A stretch of 49,007 nucleotides of DNA from assembly GCA_029259155.1 (NCBI GenBank), contig JAPDJI010000021.1, forward strand, positions 1 to 49,007. Reading direction: 5' to 3'. Source of the DNA: Candidatus Methanomethylicia archaeon (GTDB lineage Archaea > Thermoproteota > Methanomethylicia > Nezhaarchaeales > B40-G2). The notes beneath the pieces were generated by a model that saw only the letters and a list, made by a program, of their open reading frames with translations, ran no database searches and was not told the DNA's origin. The position numbers and the translations under genes are program-made. Below, piece after piece: positions 44,421 to 49,007 of the stretch; position 1 is the first letter of the stretch; every line of letters starts with the position of its first letter.

Positions 44421-46067
44421 ATGTCAGAAAAAGTGGAAATTCCAGAGACGGTTCCTCCATGGTATGAAAGGGGTACAGGATGGCTTACGATGGGTGAACA
44501 GCTCGATGTCAACGTTAGGAAGTTCTCAAACAAGCTGGCGGTTAAGGATTGGAGAGGTAAGGCCTTCAACTATAAGGACTTTAATGAAAGGGTCAATAGG
44601 CTAGCGAACGCTCTCCTTAAGCTGGGGCTGCAAAAAGGCGATAGAATCTCTACGATGATGTTGAACTGTGAAGAATATGCAGAAGTATATTGTGCTGCAG
44701 CTAAAGCTGGATTGGTAGTAGCACCGATAAGCTGGAGGTATGTGGCTAGCGAAGTGGAGTATATTGTTAATCATGCAGATACTAGAGCTATCATTGTGGA
44801 GGAGGAGTTTGTACCTGTTGTAAACCAGGCTAAAGCTAACTTTGAGGACGTGTTAAAGGACGGTTACGTAGTGGTTAGGAGGAGCGACAACCCTGTCCCT
44901 GAAGGGTATGTGGACTATGAGATGTTCTTAGCAGGGGCTCCAGCCGATAGGCCTAAAGTTAGGGTGGAGCCTAAGGACCCTTGGATCCAAGTCTACACGT
45001 CAGGCACCACAGGCTTACCTAAAGGTTGTATTAGGTCGCATGGGTCATATGCTGCTGTCTATACGATCTTCACCATTGAGCATGGCTTCAACGAGAACAT
45101 GTACGGCATGACCATAATGCCATGGTTCCACGTAAACTCCACGTTTTATGGGCTACTATGGTTATACATAGGGGGCTCGCAGTTCATAGGCCGTGACCGC
45201 GGCTTCGATCCCGAAGAACTACTACAGATAGTTGACAGGGAAAAGGTGAACTTCATTTCACTGATACCGACACACTATAAACTTCTCCTAGACCTGCCCG
45301 AGGAGGTAAAGAAAAAGTATGATGTAAGCTCTCTACAAGTCCTCTTAACCTCCTCAGCACCTGTACGTGGACCAATCAAGGAACAGGTCCTTAAGTGGAT
45401 GCCAAACGTTAAACTTCTCGAGGCCTACGGCTCCACCGAGGCAGGCATAGTGACCATCTTGAAACATGAAGACCAACTTAGGAAGGTGGGTTCCATCGGC
45501 AGGGAGACCTTGAACACCTACGACATCAAGCTGCTGGATGATGAAGGAAACGTCATCACGGAGCCAGGACAGGTAGGAGAGCTTTACTCACGTGGACCCA
45601 TGATGTTTGACGGTTACTACAAGAACCCCGAGAAAACTAGGAGCTCCTTTAGGATCATTGATGGCTATCTTTACTTCAGTGCAGGAGATATGGCAATGAG
45701 AGACGAAGATGGTTACCTTTACCTGGTGGATAGAAAGGACAACATGATCATTACGGGAGGAGAGAAGGTCTTCCCATCAGAAGTGGAGCAGGTGGTTGCA
45801 CGTCACCCTGAAGTAGTTGAGGTTTGCGTAATAGGCCTACCCGACGAGAAGTGGGGTGAAGCAGTTACTGCAGTAGTGGTTCCCAGAGAGGGTTCTAAGC
45901 TAGCTGAGAAGGACATCATTGACTGGTGTACCGGGAAGATCGCTGGTTACAAGAAGCCGAAGAAAGTAGTCTTCATGAAGGCCGAGGATCTACCGAGGAC
46001 AGGCTCAGGCAAGATCATCCATAGAAAGGTTAAGGAGAAGCTGATCAAGGAGCTAGGGTACACGTAG
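44421..46067 (+). CDS. AMP-forming acyl/aryl-CoA synthetase
   Basis: YTSGTTGLPKG, AYGSTE, GD, DRKDNMIITGGEKV and PRTGSGK motifs. Confidence 0.93.
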   Translation: MSEKVEIPETVPPWYERGTGWLTMGEQLDVNVRKFSNKLAVKDWRGKAFNYKDFNERVNRLANALLKLGLQKGDRISTMMLNCEEYAEVYCAAAKAGLVVAPISWRYVASEVEYIVNHADTRAIIVEEEFVPVVNQAKANFEDVLKDGYVVVRRSDNPVPEGYVDYEMFLAGAPADRPKVRVEPKDPWIQVYTSGTTGLPKGCIRSHGSYAAVYTIFTIEHGFNENMYGMTIMPWFHVNSTFYGLLWLYIGGSQFIGRDRGFDPEELLQIVDREKVNFISLIPTHYKLLLDLPEEVKKKYDVSSLQVLLTSSAPVRGPIKEQVLKWMPNVKLLEAYGSTEAGIVTILKHEDQLRKVGSIGRETLNTYDIKLLDDEGNVITEPGQVGELYSRGPMMFDGYYKNPEKTRSSFRIIDGYLYFSAGDMAMRDEDGYLYLVDRKDNMIITGGEKVFPSEVEQVVARHPEVVEVCVIGLPDEKWGEAVTAVVVPREGSKLAEKDIIDWCTGKIAGYKKPKKVVFMKAEDLPRTGSGKIIHRKVKEKLIKELGYT

Positions 46068-46162
46068 CCACTGATTTTTTATTCATTACTAATTACGTAT
46101 GAAAACTCCGCAAATTTTTTAACCTGTATGTATCTTTAGAGGCCTTCTGATGGTGTCGCCTT

Positions 46163-48064
46163 ATGGTTAGCGAACTGCTTAAGGATGTTCCAGGTGAGCG
46201 ACTCTTCTTGCTGGGAAATGAAGCCATCGCCCGCGGAGCGCTTGAAGGAGGAGTGCAGGTTGCAGCTGCCTATCCGGGTACGCCCTCCAGCGAGATCCTT
46301 ATGACACTGGCTTCCATAGCTAAGGATGCAGGGATCTACGTCGAGTGGTCGACCAACGAAAAAGTAGCGTTGGAGGTTGCCTTAGCCGCCTCAATATGTG
46401 GGCTTAGGGCCATGTGTTCCATGAAACATGTGGGCCTCAACGTAGCGCACGACCCCTTCGTTACAGCTGGTTATATAGGAGCTAAAGGAGGCTTCGTAGT
46501 GGTAAGCGCCGACGACCCGTGGGCTTGGAGCTCACAGAACGAACAAGACAATAGATGGGTCGCCAAGCAGGCTTACATACCTGTGTTAGAGCCCAGCGAC
46601 GTACAGGAAGCTAAGGATATGATGGCAGCTGCCTTTAACCTCTCCGAACAGTTCAACCATGTGTTTATGTTAAGGAGTGTAACTAGGATAGGACATGCTA
46701 GAGGAGATGTAACTTTAGGACCTCTATTTAAAGAGAAGAGGAAGGGCGTTTTCAAGAAGGATCCTTCATGGCTCACCTACGTTCCTGCTACAGCTCGTAA
46801 AAATAGGCCTCTAATGATACAGAGGCTTGAGAAAATTAAGAAGGCAGTGAATGGGTGGCCGTTCAATAAACTTGACCTTGTCGACGGAGCTAAGCTCGGC
46901 ATCATCGCTAGTGGCTTATCGTATGCCTACGCCATAGAGGCGGTGAAGTGGCTCGGTCTTGAAGGAAAGGTCTCGATGTTAAAGATCGGAACCACCCACC
47001 CTATACCGGAGGAGCTTACAAAGAAGCTGCTAAGCTCTGTTGAAGAGGTGTTGGTAATAGAGGAGCTAGAGCCTTTCGTAGAGCTCCATGTTAAAGCACT
47101 GGCATGCGAGGAAGACATAAAAGTGAAGGTGCATGGAAAGGACCTCATCCCAGTCATAGGTGAGCTATCCACGAGAATAGCGGTGGAGGCCATAGCTAAA
47201 TTAACAGGCACGCCTACACCTGTCGATTTCTCCATGTTGGACAAGGTCAGCAGCGAAGTTGCTCCCATCCTACCGTTTAGGCCACCGATCATGTGTCCTG
47301 GCTGTCCTCACCGCGCCTCCTTCTATGCCATTAAAGTGGCAGCTCAGAGAGTGATTAAGAGCTATGGTGAAGGCGTAGAACCCATCTATCCTGGAGACAT
47401 AGGCTGCTACACGCTCGCGTTTCAGCCGCCCCTATCGACAGTGGATACAACCATCTGTATGGGAGGTAGTATAGGCATAGCTAACGGCTTAGCTCATGTG
47501 GTAAACGCCCCCATTATACCTTGTCTAGGCGACTCAACTTTCTTCCATGCAGGCATACCTCCGCTGATAAATGCGGTGTATAATAAGGCCAAGATAACCG
47601 TCGTGGTCCTAGATAACCTGACAACCGCTATGACAGGTTTTCAACCCCATCCCGGGACGGGCCTCACAGCCATGGGAGACTCCACAGTACGGTTAAAGCC
47701 GGAGGACGTAGCTAGAGGCTGCGGCGTAGAGTTTGTAGAGGTAGCTGACCCTTACGATGTGAAGAAGGCTATTGACATCATGGTTAAGGCCCTCAAGTTT
47801 GAAGGCCCCTCCCTAGTAGTTATGCGTAGGCTTTGCGCCCTCGAAGCTTTAAGACAGAAACGTAAGAAAGGCGAGAAGATAGTCCCCTACACGATAGATC
47901 AGGAGAAGTGTAAGAAATGCGATGTATGTGTCAAGATGTTCGCCTGCCCCTCCATCGTCAAGACAGGAGACACCTACACCATAGACCCTATCACCTGCGT
48001 TGGTTGTGGCGTCTGCGCCCAGATATGTCCATATAAAGCAATAATCCCGCTGGAGGAGGGATGA
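46163..48064 (+). CDS. iorA: indolepyruvate:ferredoxin oxidoreductase alpha subunit
   Basis: GNEAIARG, YPGTPSSE, NEKVA, MKHVGLNVA, SSQNEQD, CPGCPH, DIGCY and C-terminal ferredoxin domain. Confidence 0.95.
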   Translation: MVSELLKDVPGERLFLLGNEAIARGALEGGVQVAAAYPGTPSSEILMTLASIAKDAGIYVEWSTNEKVALEVALAASICGLRAMCSMKHVGLNVAHDPFVTAGYIGAKGGFVVVSADDPWAWSSQNEQDNRWVAKQAYIPVLEPSDVQEAKDMMAAAFNLSEQFNHVFMLRSVTRIGHARGDVTLGPLFKEKRKGVFKKDPSWLTYVPATARKNRPLMIQRLEKIKKAVNGWPFNKLDLVDGAKLGIIASGLSYAYAIEAVKWLGLEGKVSMLKIGTTHPIPEELTKKLLSSVEEVLVIEELEPFVELHVKALACEEDIKVKVHGKDLIPVIGELSTRIAVEAIAKLTGTPTPVDFSMLDKVSSEVAPILPFRPPIMCPGCPHRASFYAIKVAAQRVIKSYGEGVEPIYPGDIGCYTLAFQPPLSTVDTTICMGGSIGIANGLAHVVNAPIIPCLGDSTFFHAGIPPLINAVYNKAKITVVVLDNLTTAMTGFQPHPGTGLTAMGDSTVRLKPEDVARGCGVEFVEVADPYDVKKAIDIMVKALKFEGPSLVVMRRLCALEALRQKRKKGEKIVPYTIDQEKCKKCDVCVKMFACPSIVKTGDTYTIDPITCVGCGVCAQICPYKAIIPLEEG

Positions 48065-48688
48065 GTGTTGAGCGAGTTCAAAGAATTAAACATAGTATTA
48101 ACAGGTGTAGGTGGTCAGGGTACCATCGCCATGTCAGAGGTGTTAGGTAAAGCAGCGGTTCTCGACGGGTTTAAGGTGAGAGGGTCTGAAGTCTTAGGAA
48201 TGGCTCAACGTGGAGGAGCAGTCATAACGTACCTTCGCCTCGGCAAGGAAGTATACGGCCCTATGGTCCCTGAAGGAAAGGCAGATGTAATGATAGCTAT
48301 GGAGCCTTCGGAGGCGCTCCGCAATCTAAGGTTTCTCTCTAAAGACACCATAGTCGTAGTCGGCATGAGATCCATAGTCCCTCCTTCAGTATCACTAGGC
48401 CTAAGCAAGTATCCGGACGTGGAAGATGTTATTAAGAAACTTAAAGAATTAAGTAACAACGTGATCACCATTGACCCGTATAAACTAGCAACTGAAGCTG
48501 GAGATGCTATTGCTGCCAACATGGTAATGCTTGGTGCTTTAGCTGGGACGGGCAAGCTACCCATCAAGGTAGAGAGCCTTAAACAGGCTATACGTGAACG
48601 CTTCAAAGGGAAAGTGGTCGATGTAAACCTGAAGGCCTTCGACCTAGGCTACAGCTACATTAAGGAGGCATTGAAACATAAAACCTAA
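48065..48688 (+). CDS. iorB: indolepyruvate:ferredoxin oxidoreductase beta subunit
   Basis: GVGGQG, SEVLGMAQRGG and ANMVMLGA motifs. Confidence 0.95.
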   Translation: MLSEFKELNIVLTGVGGQGTIAMSEVLGKAAVLDGFKVRGSEVLGMAQRGGAVITYLRLGKEVYGPMVPEGKADVMIAMEPSEALRNLRFLSKDTIVVVGMRSIVPPSVSLGLSKYPDVEDVIKKLKELSNNVITIDPYKLATEAGDAIAANMVMLGALAGTGKLPIKVESLKQAIRERFKGKVVDVNLKAFDLGYSYIKEALKHKT

Positions 48689-49007
48689 GTTTCTGTAAAA
48701 ATACTTCACTTTATTTTATGAAATAAACAACAAATCAATAAAAAATTATTTTGAGGTTTTCTTTAAGATGACTCGCCGAAAGGTGAAGTGCTGAATTGAT
48801 CATTAACGATGAAAGAAAGCCTTAGCAGGCTGATAAATGTGGGGCCATGTAAATAATTGTTGCTGAAGAGACCTCAACTATGACCTCTTCTCCTTATTGG
48901 TTATGATGATCATGGCAGTCGCGTGATACGCTAACTATGCTAAAGCTTACCGAATACCTATACGAGAAGAACTTTCCTTAATGCCAATAGCGGTAGAATT
49001 CTCCAAG

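Noticed and set aside
578-48606. Numerous antisense or overlapping ORFs in the track (e.g. 4963-5559, 9701-10423, 27163-27585, 42322-42795)
   Set aside because: Ser/Pro/Thr-rich shadow frames of well-supported genes with no motifs.
48689-49007. AT-rich tail with an ATGATGA (box C-like) at 48903 and a stop-interrupted hydrophobic frame (LNYDLFSLLVMMIMAVA*)
   Set aside because: No properly spaced CTGA D boxes and no convincing ORF; truncated by the window edge, so neither a C/D sRNA nor a pseudogene can be supported.
1-49007. tRNA, rRNA, CRISPR array, IS/transposase, integrase
   Set aside because: No cloverleaf/TPsiC signature, regular repeat-spacer array, terminal inverted repeats or recombinase motifs seen by eye.

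Overview
A 49-kb window of archaeal chromosome, probably TACK/Thermoproteota-like. This is inferred from BRE-TATA promoters, GGTG/GGAGG ribosome-binding sites, many TTG starts, and archaeal-type cobY/cobT/cbiZ/porABDG/iorAB. Bases 1 to ~13,080 are a GC-richer cobamide salvage island: frameshifted cobY, cobS, a cbiZ-cobZ fusion, cbiB, cobD, a DUF71 ATP pyrophosphatase, two paralogous radical SAM genes, btuFCD and cobT, ending in pseudogene debris. Three of its promoter regions share an 18-bp palindrome (GTAGG-N8-CCTAC), a candidate protein-based B12 operator. The rest is lower-GC housekeeping and catabolic DNA: hydrolases, RNase HI, YbaK, a Lut/CCG-amidohydrolase operon, a CdrS/aCcr1-like RHH gene divergent from an orphan HTH-Zn gene, Lon-like/SPFH/NfeD membrane proteolysis genes, fumarate hydratase alpha/beta, porGDAB, a LeuA/CimA-family synthase, galT and an NDP-sugar transferase. 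It ends with an amino-acid/aromatic catabolic block: opine dehydrogenase, Liv ABC transporter, MFS, Zn peptidase, a BcrC/BcrB-HgdB/A pair, acyl-CoA ligase and iorAB. I saw no tRNA, rRNA, CRISPR array or IS element. All calls come from reading motifs by eye; no database searches were run.
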